A program made the position numbers and the translations under genes. From Nitrosopumilaceae archaeon (GTDB lineage Archaea; Thermoproteota; Nitrososphaeria; Nitrososphaerales; Nitrosopumilaceae), in the NCBI GenBank assembly GCA_052389415.1, contig JBQTHX010000067.1:1-64000 (forward strand): 64,000 bases of DNA, given 5' to 3'. Of the stretch, positions 30,196 to 39,415 are shown in pieces (position 1 is the first letter of the stretch; every line of letters begins with the position of its first letter). The notes under the pieces are model-generated. The model searched no databases and was not told where the DNA came from. It saw only the letters and a program-made list of their open reading frames with translations.

Positions 30196-31512
30196 ATGAA
30201 TTCGAAAAATTATGTCTGGCATCCTTATACTCAAATGAAAGATTGGAAAAAGTTCGATGTAATTACAAAGGGAGATGGAATGTGGATTGTTGATGAGAGA
30301 GGAAACAGGTTACTTGATGGAGTTGCAAGTATGTGGTGTAACGTCTGGGGACATTCCAAGAAAGAACTTGTGAATACAATAATAAAACAGACCAAAAAAC
30401 TGCAGCATTCTTCTTTGTTCAATCTTACAAATGACAAAGCAGAAATGCTTGCTGAAAAGCTTGTAAAAATATCTCCCGGCATGAATAAAGTATTCTATTC
30501 TGATAACGGTTCTACCGCGATAGAAATTGCTATAAAAATAGCAATACAATATTGGCAAAACATCGGAAAAAATAAAACAAAAATTATTTCATTACAAAAT
30601 GGATATCATGGAGACACGATAGGATCAATGTCTCTTAGCCCAATTCCATTGTTTTTCTCAAGATTTAAAAAACTACTTTTCCCAGTAGTCAGTGCGCCAG
30701 CTCCTGAGAAATACAGAATCCCAAATGGTTATACTGCTGAAGAATATCAAGAATTTTGTATTAATAAAATTGAAAAAATATTTATGAAAAATAATGATAT
30801 TGCTGCTTTTTTTATGGAAAGTGGTGCACAAATAGCTGGAGGAGTAAATATTTATCCAAAAAACTTTCAGAAAAAGATAGGTCAGTTATGCAAAAAATAT
30901 GAGGTATTGTTTGTATTAGATGAGATTGCGACAGGATTTGGAAGGCTGGGTTCTTTTATAGAGTATAAAACGCAAAATAGCCTTCCGGACATTTTGACCT
31001 ATGGAAAAATGCTGACGGCGGGATATTTACCACTCGCAGTTACCCTAACCAATAAAAAAATTTACGAATCATTTCTTGGTAAATATGAGGAAATGAAACA
31101 TTTTTTCCATGGCCATACTTTTACAGGAAACCCATTAGCATGTTCAGTGGCTATGACTAATCTTGAAATGTATACGAAAAATAAGCTTATTTCTAAAATT
31201 CAACCACGTTGCAAGCAACTAGAATCACGAACTTCAGAGATTAATGGATTAGATCTTGTGGGCGATGTAAGACATAAGGGAATGCTAATGGGAATAGAAC
31301 TTGTAAGTGATAAAAAGAAGAAAACTGCGATTAAGCCAGAATCTTTAGTTTACAAGAAAATTTTTTATGAGGCAAAAAAACACAAAATATACCTAAGAAC
31401 TCTTGGCAACATTGTAATGATTGTTCCACCTCTTGCAATTTCTAAAAATGAATTAGATTTCTTGATTGATGGGACTATAGATACAATAAAAAAAGTCGCG
31501 AAGGCAATATGA
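30196..31512 (+). CDS. bioA: 7,8-diaminononanoate aminotransferase
   Basis: VWHPYTQM, DGVASMW, YHGDT, DEIATGFGR, HGHTFTGNP. Confidence 0.95.
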   Translation: MNSKNYVWHPYTQMKDWKKFDVITKGDGMWIVDERGNRLLDGVASMWCNVWGHSKKELVNTIIKQTKKLQHSSLFNLTNDKAEMLAEKLVKISPGMNKVFYSDNGSTAIEIAIKIAIQYWQNIGKNKTKIISLQNGYHGDTIGSMSLSPIPLFFSRFKKLLFPVVSAPAPEKYRIPNGYTAEEYQEFCINKIEKIFMKNNDIAAFFMESGAQIAGGVNIYPKNFQKKIGQLCKKYEVLFVLDEIATGFGRLGSFIEYKTQNSLPDILTYGKMLTAGYLPLAVTLTNKKIYESFLGKYEEMKHFFHGHTFTGNPLACSVAMTNLEMYTKNKLISKIQPRCKQLESRTSEINGLDLVGDVRHKGMLMGIELVSDKKKKTAIKPESLVYKKIFYEAKKHKIYLRTLGNIVMIVPPLAISKNELDFLIDGTIDTIKKVAKAI

Positions 31513-31737
31513 TTATCTCCTTCGTGCTCTTCGGAGTTTTACTCCAAGCTCTCTAATCATTCTGTTCCTTACAACTAAAGAATTTTTCAAACGCCTTCCT
31601 TCTCTTCTGGCCACGTCACGCTCTCTTTTTGCTCTATTAAGAGCTGCACGCACGGTGATCATTTGTTTACGAGTAGGCGCTGGGCTGGATCTTCGTTTAG
31701 AACGTTTTGATCTTTTAGATCGTCTTTTAGACGCCAT
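31513..31737 (-). CDS. very basic Arg-rich small protein
   Basis: 74 aa, 23 Arg and 8 Lys by hand count; TTAATTAT about 25 bp upstream. Confidence 0.7.
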   Translation of the reverse strand: MASKRRSKRSKRSKRRSSPAPTRKQMITVRAALNRAKRERDVARREGRRLKNSLVVRNRMIRELGVKLRRARRR

Positions 31738-31835
31738 GTGCAGTCTGCATAATAGTAATAATTAAGGATAACGTATCAATCGTTTTTCCTATGGATCACT
31801 TTTATTTTTTATCTTATGAAATTAATTGAATACAT

Positions 31836-32012
31836 ATGCCACAGATCCGTCAGTGTCAAAACTGTAAAAAAATATTACAAATAAATGAGATTCACACATG
31901 CCGAAAAGAAATGTTAAACATTATAACGTGCAACAAATGTGGGGAGAGCTACAACTCTATCAAAGATCACACATGCCAAACCATGATAAAAAAGAATACT
32001 TCTAAAGGGTAA
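31836..32012 (+). CDS. tandem C-x2-C-x9-H-x-C zinc-finger microprotein (58 aa)
   Basis: Hand translation MPQIRQCQNCKKILQINEIHTCRKEMLNIITCNKCGESYNSIKDHTCQTMIKKNTSKG*. Confidence 0.7.
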   Translation: MPQIRQCQNCKKILQINEIHTCRKEMLNIITCNKCGESYNSIKDHTCQTMIKKNTSKG

Positions 32013-32023
32013 TAGGAAAACAG

Positions 32024-32053
32024 TGTAAACCCTAAGAACAATTTTGGTTTACA
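32024..32053. promoter_or_regulatory. BirA-type biotin operator
   Basis: TGTAAAC-N16-GTTTACA, 43 bp upstream of bioB. Confidence 0.8.
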
Positions 32054-32096
32054 TTTAAGACAATCTTAATTAGTACAATATGAAGAGCAAGATATT

Positions 32097-33077
32097 ATGA
32101 ACTCAGAAATTGAATTTATTGAAAGATGTAAAGAAAAGATCATTTCGGGTCAACGTATTTCACAAGAAGATGCTAGGAACCTCATCATTGTTTCAGATGA
32201 TGCGCTAGAACATCTTTCAAATGCTGCAAATGAAATAACAAGAAAATTAAATGGCGACTTGGTTGATGTTGAAACTCTCATTAACGCAAAGAAAGGAAAC
32301 TGTCCAGAGGACTGCTCCTTTTGTTCTCAATCTGCGTTTTATAAATCAGGAATTGATACCTACAAACTTTTGCCACCAGAAATCATTGTAGAAAATGCAA
32401 GAAAAACAAAAAAAGAAGGTGTAAAAAGCTTTTGTTTGGTTTGTGCCTGGCGTGGTCCTTCTGAATCTGATTTTAAACAAATTTGCGATATTATTAAGCA
32501 AATAAATGACAACGTAGGAATAGAAGTAAACTGTTCACTTGGATTTATTTCTGAACAAATGGCTTTAGATCTTAAAAGTCTCCGAGTTAAAAGATATAAT
32601 CATAATTTAGAAACTTCAAGAAGCTTTTTCCCACAAATTTGTACAACACATACATATCAAGATAGAATCGATACGGCAAGAATTGTAAAACAAATTGGAC
32701 TTGAACTTTGTTGCGGAGGGATAATTGGCATGGGGGAATCAAGGATGCAGAGATTGGAAATGGGACTTGATCTCTCAGAACTAAATCCAGAAGAATGCCC
32801 TATAAACATTCTAGTACCTCAAAAGGGGACTCCTCTTGGGTTTAAAGAAAAAATATCAGTTAGTGAAATACTCAGAACAATTGCGACGTATAGATTTTTG
32901 ATGCCAAAGACAATACTTAAGATAGCCGGTGGCAGAGAGGTTTATCTTACAAATGATCAAGAAAAAGTTCTTCTTGGAGGTGCTAATGGAATTATTACTG
33001 GAGGATATTTGACAATAGGTGGCAACACACCAAAAGATGATTTACTAATGATAACACAGTTAGGCCTTGAAACATAA
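32097..33077 (+). CDS. bioB: biotin synthase
   Basis: CPEDCSFCSQS radical-SAM motif, YNHNLETS, CCGGIIGMGE. Confidence 0.96.
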   Translation: MNSEIEFIERCKEKIISGQRISQEDARNLIIVSDDALEHLSNAANEITRKLNGDLVDVETLINAKKGNCPEDCSFCSQSAFYKSGIDTYKLLPPEIIVENARKTKKEGVKSFCLVCAWRGPSESDFKQICDIIKQINDNVGIEVNCSLGFISEQMALDLKSLRVKRYNHNLETSRSFFPQICTTHTYQDRIDTARIVKQIGLELCCGGIIGMGESRMQRLEMGLDLSELNPEECPINILVPQKGTPLGFKEKISVSEILRTIATYRFLMPKTILKIAGGREVYLTNDQEKVLLGGANGIITGGYLTIGGNTPKDDLLMITQLGLET

Positions 33078-34194
33078 ACTTGGATTTGTAAATTATGATC
33101 TTAAGAAATTAAGAAAACAGAATCTATACAGAACTTTACAGAATGGACATATTGATGGACCACACATTATTTTTAATCGCAAAAAATTACTAAATCTTTG
33201 CTCTAACGATTACCTTGGACTGGTCTCAAAGATTTCAAACAAACAATTGCAGTCAAGCTCAAGATTAGTGGCAGGAAATGACATAATATTCAAAACTTTA
33301 GAAGAGAAACTTGCAACCCATAAATCACATGAGTCTTCGCTTATCTTCCCTACAGGATACATGGCAAATTTAGGCACAATTTCTACGATAGTGCAAAAAG
33401 GAGATGTAATTCTTAGCGATGAGCTAAACCATGTAAGTATCATTGAGGCCTGCAAGTTAACAAGTGCAAAAGTCACAGTTTACCAACATAATAACACAAT
33501 AGACCTTGAGAGGAAAATCAAACAAAAAGCACATCGTAAATTCATAGTAACAGAAGGGATCTTTAGTATGGACGGAGATTTTGCAAACCTGAAGGAAATT
33601 TCAAATATTGCCTCAAAAAATAATGCCGTATTAATCCTAGATGATGCACACGGAGATTTTGTCGTAGGTTCTGATGGAAAAGGAACGGCACAGCATTTTG
33701 GAGTTGAACGAAATATCGATCTTTACATAAGCAGTTTAAGTAAAGGGCTTGGAGCATTTGGTGGATATGTTGCTTCAAAAAATAATGTAATTGATTATTT
33801 GATAAACAAGTCTAGATCGTTTGTTTACACCTCAGCGCTGCCGAATATTTTTGTAGAGCTTGCGCTAGATAGATTTAGATCAAATCGAGAAAAACAAAGA
33901 AAAAAACTTTGGAGAAATATTCAGATCATGCATTCTGGTTTAAGATCTATCGGATATGAGATTAATTCATCAAGTCAAATAATTCCGATAATCATAGGAA
34001 ATGAAAAGAAGGCATTGGATTTTGGGAAATTTCTTTTTGAAGAGGGAGTTTTTGCTCAACCTATTCGTTATCCAACCGTTAAGATAAACTCCGCACGAAT
34101 AAGAATCTCTATTACAGCTTGGCTATCAAAGAATCATATTGAAAGAACGTTGGATGTCTTAGAACGAGCAGGTAAAAGATTTAGAATTTATTAA
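33067..34194 (+). CDS. bioF: 8-amino-7-oxononanoate synthase
   Basis: SNDYLGL, SDELNH.SII, FSMDGD, DDAH, SLSKG. Confidence 0.95.
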   Translation: MKHKLGFVNYDLKKLRKQNLYRTLQNGHIDGPHIIFNRKKLLNLCSNDYLGLVSKISNKQLQSSSRLVAGNDIIFKTLEEKLATHKSHESSLIFPTGYMANLGTISTIVQKGDVILSDELNHVSIIEACKLTSAKVTVYQHNNTIDLERKIKQKAHRKFIVTEGIFSMDGDFANLKEISNIASKNNAVLILDDAHGDFVVGSDGKGTAQHFGVERNIDLYISSLSKGLGAFGGYVASKNNVIDYLINKSRSFVYTSALPNIFVELALDRFRSNREKQRKKLWRNIQIMHSGLRSIGYEINSSSQIIPIIIGNEKKALDFGKFLFEEGVFAQPIRYPTVKINSARIRISITAWLSKNHIERTLDVLERAGKRFRIY

Positions 34195-34286
34195 ACGTGA
34201 CTCATACGTGAAACATAATTCAAGTACATTGCTATTGCAATTATTGAGCCAAAAATTATTCCAACTAAAATAATTCTTTTATTCAT
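34191..34286 (-). CDS. single-TM micropeptide (31 aa)
   Basis: Hand translation MNKRIILVGIIFGSIIAIAMYLNYVSRMSHV*; TTTTTATT about 25 bp upstream. Confidence 0.5.
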   Translation of the reverse strand: MNKRIILVGIIFGSIIAIAMYLNYVSRMSHV

Positions 34287-34380
34287 AAGATTTAATCAAT
34301 GAAACAAGAATAAAAATTAATCTTTAATTTGGAGCAGATTTGGAACAATGTATTAATAAAAAAAGAACGAATTCAGAACA

Positions 34381-35115
34381 ATGCCAGAAATATCAATAGC
34401 GATAGCAGCCATAGCGGGATTAGGTTCATTTTTAGCACCATGCATCTTGCCTGTCATACCTGCATTTCTAGCATACATATCAGGTACAACAATATCAGAG
34501 CTGCAAAGACAAAATGGAACTGTAAATCTAGTTTCAAACAGAATCAACATTCTAATAAACACAGTATTCTTTGTTCTAGGATTTTCTATTGTTTTTTCTA
34601 TTTTTGGCGTTATTCTAAATAGTGTGTTAGCTAGTTCTGCCACTAGTTTAACTTCTGGATTTAATCAAATTGGTGGAATAGTAATAATCGGTTTTGGTGC
34701 CTTTATGTTATTATCTAATAAGATAAGACAACTTAATTTTGAAAAAAGATTTTTTCCAAACCGTACTAAAGCTAGCTATCCACTTTCGTTTGTTTTTGGA
34801 TTGGCCTTTGCCACCTGCTGGACCCCATGTATAGGACCGATTTTAGGGAGTATTCTTACTTTAGCTGCAACCACACCAGGACAGTCATTTACTTTATTAT
34901 TAGCATATTCACTGGGATTAGGAATTCCCTTTATTATTATGGGAATATTCTTTTCCCGATTCACAAGAATAATCAAATCATTAAGCAAACATTTAAGATT
35001 CTACTCAGTAATCATGGGTTCATTTATCATAATATTAGGAATATTAGTATTAACAAATCAATTGGCAACAATTGCTAGCTTTCCATTGTTAAACAATTTA
35101 TTATTACAAGGATAA
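34381..35115 (+). CDS. ccdA: CcdA/DsbD-type membrane disulfide reductase
   Basis: SFLAPCILP and WTPCIGPILG. Confidence 0.92.
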   Translation: MPEISIAIAAIAGLGSFLAPCILPVIPAFLAYISGTTISELQRQNGTVNLVSNRINILINTVFFVLGFSIVFSIFGVILNSVLASSATSLTSGFNQIGGIVIIGFGAFMLLSNKIRQLNFEKRFFPNRTKASYPLSFVFGLAFATCWTPCIGPILGSILTLAATTPGQSFTLLLAYSLGLGIPFIIMGIFFSRFTRIIKSLSKHLRFYSVIMGSFIIILGILVLTNQLATIASFPLLNNLLLQG

Positions 35116-35118
35116 AAA

Positions 35119-36252
35119 ATGAAAAGTGAGTTAAGAACAGCAATTATCATGGGGGTTGTCATAGCAATAGCCGTTGGAGGAGCTTGGGCATATTTTTCAT
35201 CATTTGATTCTCAAATACAAAACACATCAAATCAACTTGATGCCAATATTGTGGGACAGCCGTTGGAGGATTCGACAAAAAAGCCTGCTATTGATAAAAG
35301 TAGATTCAAAAAAGCACCAGAATTAGTTGGAATTACAGGCTATATCAATACAACTCCAGAAGAATTGAGCACCATTATGAAAGACAAAGTGATTCTTTAT
35401 GATATTTGGACTTACAGTTGTATAAACTGCATTAGGACCCTTCCTTACATTGTTGCCTGGAATGATAGATACGCAGACAGTGGATTGTTAATAGTAGGAA
35501 TACATTCACCAGAATTTGAATTCGAAAAAGATATCAGCAATGTAAAAACTGCAGTAAAACAATTTGGCATATCATATCCCATTGTACTTGATAATGATAT
35601 GAAAACTTGGAAGGCGTTTGAGAACAGATATTGGCCAAGAAAATACATCGCAGATTCTGAAGGATATATCAGATATGATCATATTGGTGAAGGAGGCTAT
35701 GATGAAACTGAAAAAATAATACAACAATTATTGGCTGAAAGAAATCAGATTCTTGGTCTAAATGTTGTGTCAGCTCAACCACTGGTAGATCTAGAAGAAC
35801 ACCAGTTCAATGTAGCACAAACACCTGAGCTATATTTTGGTCATAATTTTGCATTTGGTAGAAATCAATTAGGAAATTCCGAAGGATTTAAACCAGACCA
35901 GATTGTAGCATATTCCTTACCAGAAAAAATAATTCAAGATAATTTTTATCTTGAAGGTCAATGGCATAACTTTGGTGACAGGATGAAACTTGTTTCAGAG
36001 AATGGGAAGATCGTACTTCCCTATTATGCTAAGTCAGTTAACATTGTAGCAGCAAATGAATCTGATCTACAGATCTTACTGGACGGAAAATCAGTTACTC
36101 AAGAAAATGCTGGATCTGATGTACAAAAAGGAGCTGTTCACATTTTAGGAGATAGATTGTACAATTTGATATCAAGTAAAAATGCAGAAAAACATACCCT
36201 AACTATAATGGCAAAACGAGGATTTGAAATCTACACCTTTACCTTTGGCTAA
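35119..36252 (+). CDS. membrane-anchored redoxin (DipZ C-terminal half)
   Basis: DIWTYSCINC, HSPEFEFEK, NRYWP, GEGGY, TPELY, YTFTFG end. Confidence 0.9.
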   Translation: MKSELRTAIIMGVVIAIAVGGAWAYFSSFDSQIQNTSNQLDANIVGQPLEDSTKKPAIDKSRFKKAPELVGITGYINTTPEELSTIMKDKVILYDIWTYSCINCIRTLPYIVAWNDRYADSGLLIVGIHSPEFEFEKDISNVKTAVKQFGISYPIVLDNDMKTWKAFENRYWPRKYIADSEGYIRYDHIGEGGYDETEKIIQQLLAERNQILGLNVVSAQPLVDLEEHQFNVAQTPELYFGHNFAFGRNQLGNSEGFKPDQIVAYSLPEKIIQDNFYLEGQWHNFGDRMKLVSENGKIVLPYYAKSVNIVAANESDLQILLDGKSVTQENAGSDVQKGAVHILGDRLYNLISSKNAEKHTLTIMAKRGFEIYTFTFG

Positions 36253-36300
36253 TCTATTAATAATATTTCTAAATTCGAATTTAGAAATATTATTAATAGA
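36253..36300. repeat. perfect 48-bp palindrome
   Basis: TCTATTAATAATATTTCTAAATTC|GAATTTAGAAATATTATTAATAGA; 24 consecutive pairs checked by hand. Confidence 0.95.
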
Positions 36301-36380
36301 ATAAGATGCGCGTATGTTACCGCAACCCTATGTAACCACGGTCACATATGATCTAGGTACATGACAGGTTAAAACCCAAA

Positions 36381-37046
36381 TTGCTAATCCGACCTAGGTG
36401 CAAAATTACGACTTTTGTTAACAAGTGGAACCAACACAAGGAAGGAATATCACAAAAAGTTATCAATAAAGTAAGACCAGATGCGCCATTAAAACCAAAG
36501 ATCGATGAAGCGCAAAAAAGACTTCAACTGCAAATTGTGAAACTTGATTCCATTTCAAAAAAGTTAAAAGAAAAGGATGATTTTATTTTTAAAAAAGTTG
36601 TTTATGCGGTAAGAAATCAAGATAAACAATATTCCCATGCTTATGCTACAGAATTACATGAGATAAGAAAGATGAATAAGATGGTAACAAGTGCTAAACT
36701 TGCCATGGAACAGATTCAAATTAGATTAAACACTATTTCAGAATTAGGCGACGTTGTGGTTACACTTAGTCCATGCATGTCCATAATCAAAGGATTGGGA
36801 GCAGGGTTAGGCAATCTAATGCCAGAAGCAAATTCGTCTATGCAGGATTTGTCTGCCATTCTAGGAGATATCATGGCAGGTTCCTCAGTCAGTACACACG
36901 AGAATATAGCAGTAGATACTGGTAGTGCAGACACTACAGCTATCTTAGAAGAAGCACAATCAATATTAGAGGGACATGTACGCACAAGCATTCCAGATCT
37001 TCCTACAAATCTTCCAGCACCAAAGAGTACTGAAGCAACTATTTAG
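36381..37046 (+). CDS. cdvB: ESCRT-III / Snf7 family cell-division protein (CdvB paralogue)
   Basis: LKPKIDEAQKRL...ELHEIRKM...EQIQIRLNTISELGDVVVTLSP...ILEEA; true start may be ATT 36405. Confidence 0.9.
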   Translation: MLIRPRCKITTFVNKWNQHKEGISQKVINKVRPDAPLKPKIDEAQKRLQLQIVKLDSISKKLKEKDDFIFKKVVYAVRNQDKQYSHAYATELHEIRKMNKMVTSAKLAMEQIQIRLNTISELGDVVVTLSPCMSIIKGLGAGLGNLMPEANSSMQDLSAILGDIMAGSSVSTHENIAVDTGSADTTAILEEAQSILEGHVRTSIPDLPTNLPAPKSTEATI

Positions 37047-37380
37047 AATTTTTTTTACTTATTTCTATAAGAATTTTTTTGATTCTAGAAATGGTCGGAT
37101 AACTGTATCCACGTTTTCTATAATTGGCAATCATCATCTTCCAGTTTTTTAATCGCCATTGTGCCTGTTCAGATGTCACGGAATGAATTTCCCTTTTGAT
37201 TATACTTTTTCGTCCAACTTTGAGTACACCGGCGTCTTTTGCAGTCCATCTGTTTTTTGCAAAGTGCAATCCAGACAGAATTTCATCTAATGGCATTTCG
37301 CTAAAGTATTCTTGTAGTATTTTTATTTGTGCCTCAGTAGGTTTACTCGTACTTTTTAAGGTGAACCCAAAGTCGTCCAA
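37039..37380 (-). CDS. conserved hypothetical protein
   Basis: 113-aa basic ORF convergent with cdvB. Confidence 0.75.
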   Translation of the reverse strand: MDDFGFTLKSTSKPTEAQIKILQEYFSEMPLDEILSGLHFAKNRWTAKDAGVLKVGRKSIIKREIHSVTSEQAQWRLKNWKMMIANYRKRGYSYPTISRIKKILIEISKKNSK

Positions 37381-37725
37381 TGTTTATCAAATACAATTAC
37401 AGTATTTAATGTGAATCATAGGACATTTTTGTTGTTTATTTAAAAAAATAATTAGCGTCTCTTTTTAATCAAATACATGCTGCGTGTATTTTCCTTGCTT
37501 TACAGACTAGATGTAATATCACTTGAGAGATAACTATCAATCACTGCTTGGGTCTGACAGTTTTTGTAACCAACTGTTATTTCCACAACATAGACCCAGC
37601 AGATTTTTTCCTAGTTTCTCATATCTCATCTGTTTCATTAGTTAATAATCGAGCAGAAACTAATGGTGAGTATCTTCAAAGCACATATTCATCGACATAT
37701 TACAGATTATATCAAATTATAACGT

Positions 37726-37980
37726 ATGCGAGGTTTGATCCTCGTTAGTGGAATGATTATTGTAATAATAGGTATTGTAGAATATGCTATGCTGAGAGAC
37801 TATTCACAAGCATGTGAATCAAAATTAGATTTAAACAACCTTGATTTGAATCTGCTTCAAATGTGTAATCAGATAAAATACGCTCAATATGGCTCTCTTT
37901 TATTATGTGCCGTTGGTTTTTGCGTATCAATTTATGGCGCAATAAAAAGGTCTACACCTAAGATAGTCAGATATGACTAG
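37726..37980 (+). CDS. hypothetical 2-TM membrane protein
   Basis: Two hydrophobic helices around a loop holding two Cys. Confidence 0.7.
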   Translation: MRGLILVSGMIIVIIGIVEYAMLRDYSQACESKLDLNNLDLNLLQMCNQIKYAQYGSLLLCAVGFCVSIYGAIKRSTPKIVRYD

Positions 37981-38230
37981 ATTACAAAGTTAATTTTTTT
38001 ACTTTAAACATGATGTAATCTTTTGATACACACGATATGATAAGTTACATTTGAGCAGATAAGATAACCAACTGGTGGACAAATTTAAGTAACCCTGTTA
38101 TTTCCCAGACAGCCCACAGTTTGTTTCTGGTTATAATTTAGTGAATTCATTTCTAAAGAAGTAAAATTGCATTTATTATTTCCATTCTTGGTAGAAGGAT
38201 CTTAAATATTTCAAAGACAAGCGAAGATTA

Positions 38231-38482
38231 TTGAATTCAAAAACCATTCTGGGCCTCTCTTTTACCACTGTTTTTATTTTGTCAACCATATCTGCTATAA
38301 CTGCAATACAAGCCGACGCAATGTTCAAGATAAAAAACTTGCCTGATTTTAAAATACAAAAATCTGAAAATCAAGAACAGTTGAAGAAAGATGGAACTCA
38401 TGATGGTTTCCTTTCAGCAAGTTTTGATAAAAAAATCAACATCTCAGAATCTTCTATGTTGAATAAACATCTAAAGAATTAG
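38231..38482 (+). pseudogene. short signal-peptide ORF, possibly a truncated secreted-protein gene
   Basis: MNSKTILGLSF...QADA signal-like N-terminus followed by only about 50 aa. Confidence 0.4.
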
Positions 38483-38688
38483 CCTTCAATTCAATTATAC
38501 TGATAATCAAAACAGAAAAAGATGGTTCAGATCAAAAATACTAGCTTTTCGTCAAAAAACGAATGATTGAGGTCTAACATATAAAATGTGGTAAAAATTA
38601 AATCAAATATTATAGAATTCATAGCTTTGAAGACTTTGTTCCAAAAATGGTAGGTATTTTTTATAATTATAATGGATCAATTAGAAAT

Positions 38689-39197
38689 ATGAATGCAATA
38701 CTCTTTTCTGCATCGCTTGCTGCAATACTTGTGATATCGATAACCATAACTCCTGCCTTCGCAGCATCAGCAAATCTGAAAATATCCTCAGCTTCTGGAT
38801 TTTCATTGACAGTTAAGGGTGGACAGCCAGGTGCCGTTCAAGAGAATCATGATATTGTTGTATACGCGTTCTTTACAAACACTCCAGGAGTTACAGCGGA
38901 TTCTTTTGTAGCATATGTAATTGCAACGCACAAGTCATTTAATGACGATCCAGAACAAGATGCAAACATAAAAGCACTTCATGCACATAAACTTGAGGTT
39001 AACACAAGTACTCTTTGCGTACAAGATTTGGATGAAGCACCGGATGTCTCCCTAAATGGAAGCACGATGAGTATTCCTGCAGCAACTGGAATTATAGTGC
39101 CAATGTAATTGCTGCATATGATGTCAATGCTGATGGCCTTTTTGGTGGAAATGGTATTTGCCCAACTGAAGTTTATGACCTAAAACCAGTAACCTAG
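38689..39197 (+). pseudogene. frameshifted secreted protein
   Basis: Signal peptide ending PAFA; frame stops at 39108 but protein-like sequence ANVIAAYDVNADGLFGGNGICPTEVYDLKPVT* continues in the -1 frame to 39197. Confidence 0.65.
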
Positions 39198-39415
39198 ACT
39201 AGTTCTTGTTTATTTTTATATTATGCTGAAGTACCTTGCGGGTTTAGCTTTTGTTCGTACACGAAAAAGTTAGGTAATAGTTTACTGTGTAATGGGGGTG
39301 TTTTGACCATTGGCTCGCTAATACACGCACAAATGTTAAACCCCCCATCAAAAATCGATTTTTTAAAAAAATGACATTATGTGTGAATTATGAAAAATAA
39401 ACAGGGGTTTAGCTT

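Noticed and set aside
39205-39232. dif-like half-site TTATATTATGCTGAA
   Set aside because: Left arm lacks the matching ATAA half; better explained as a T-rich terminator
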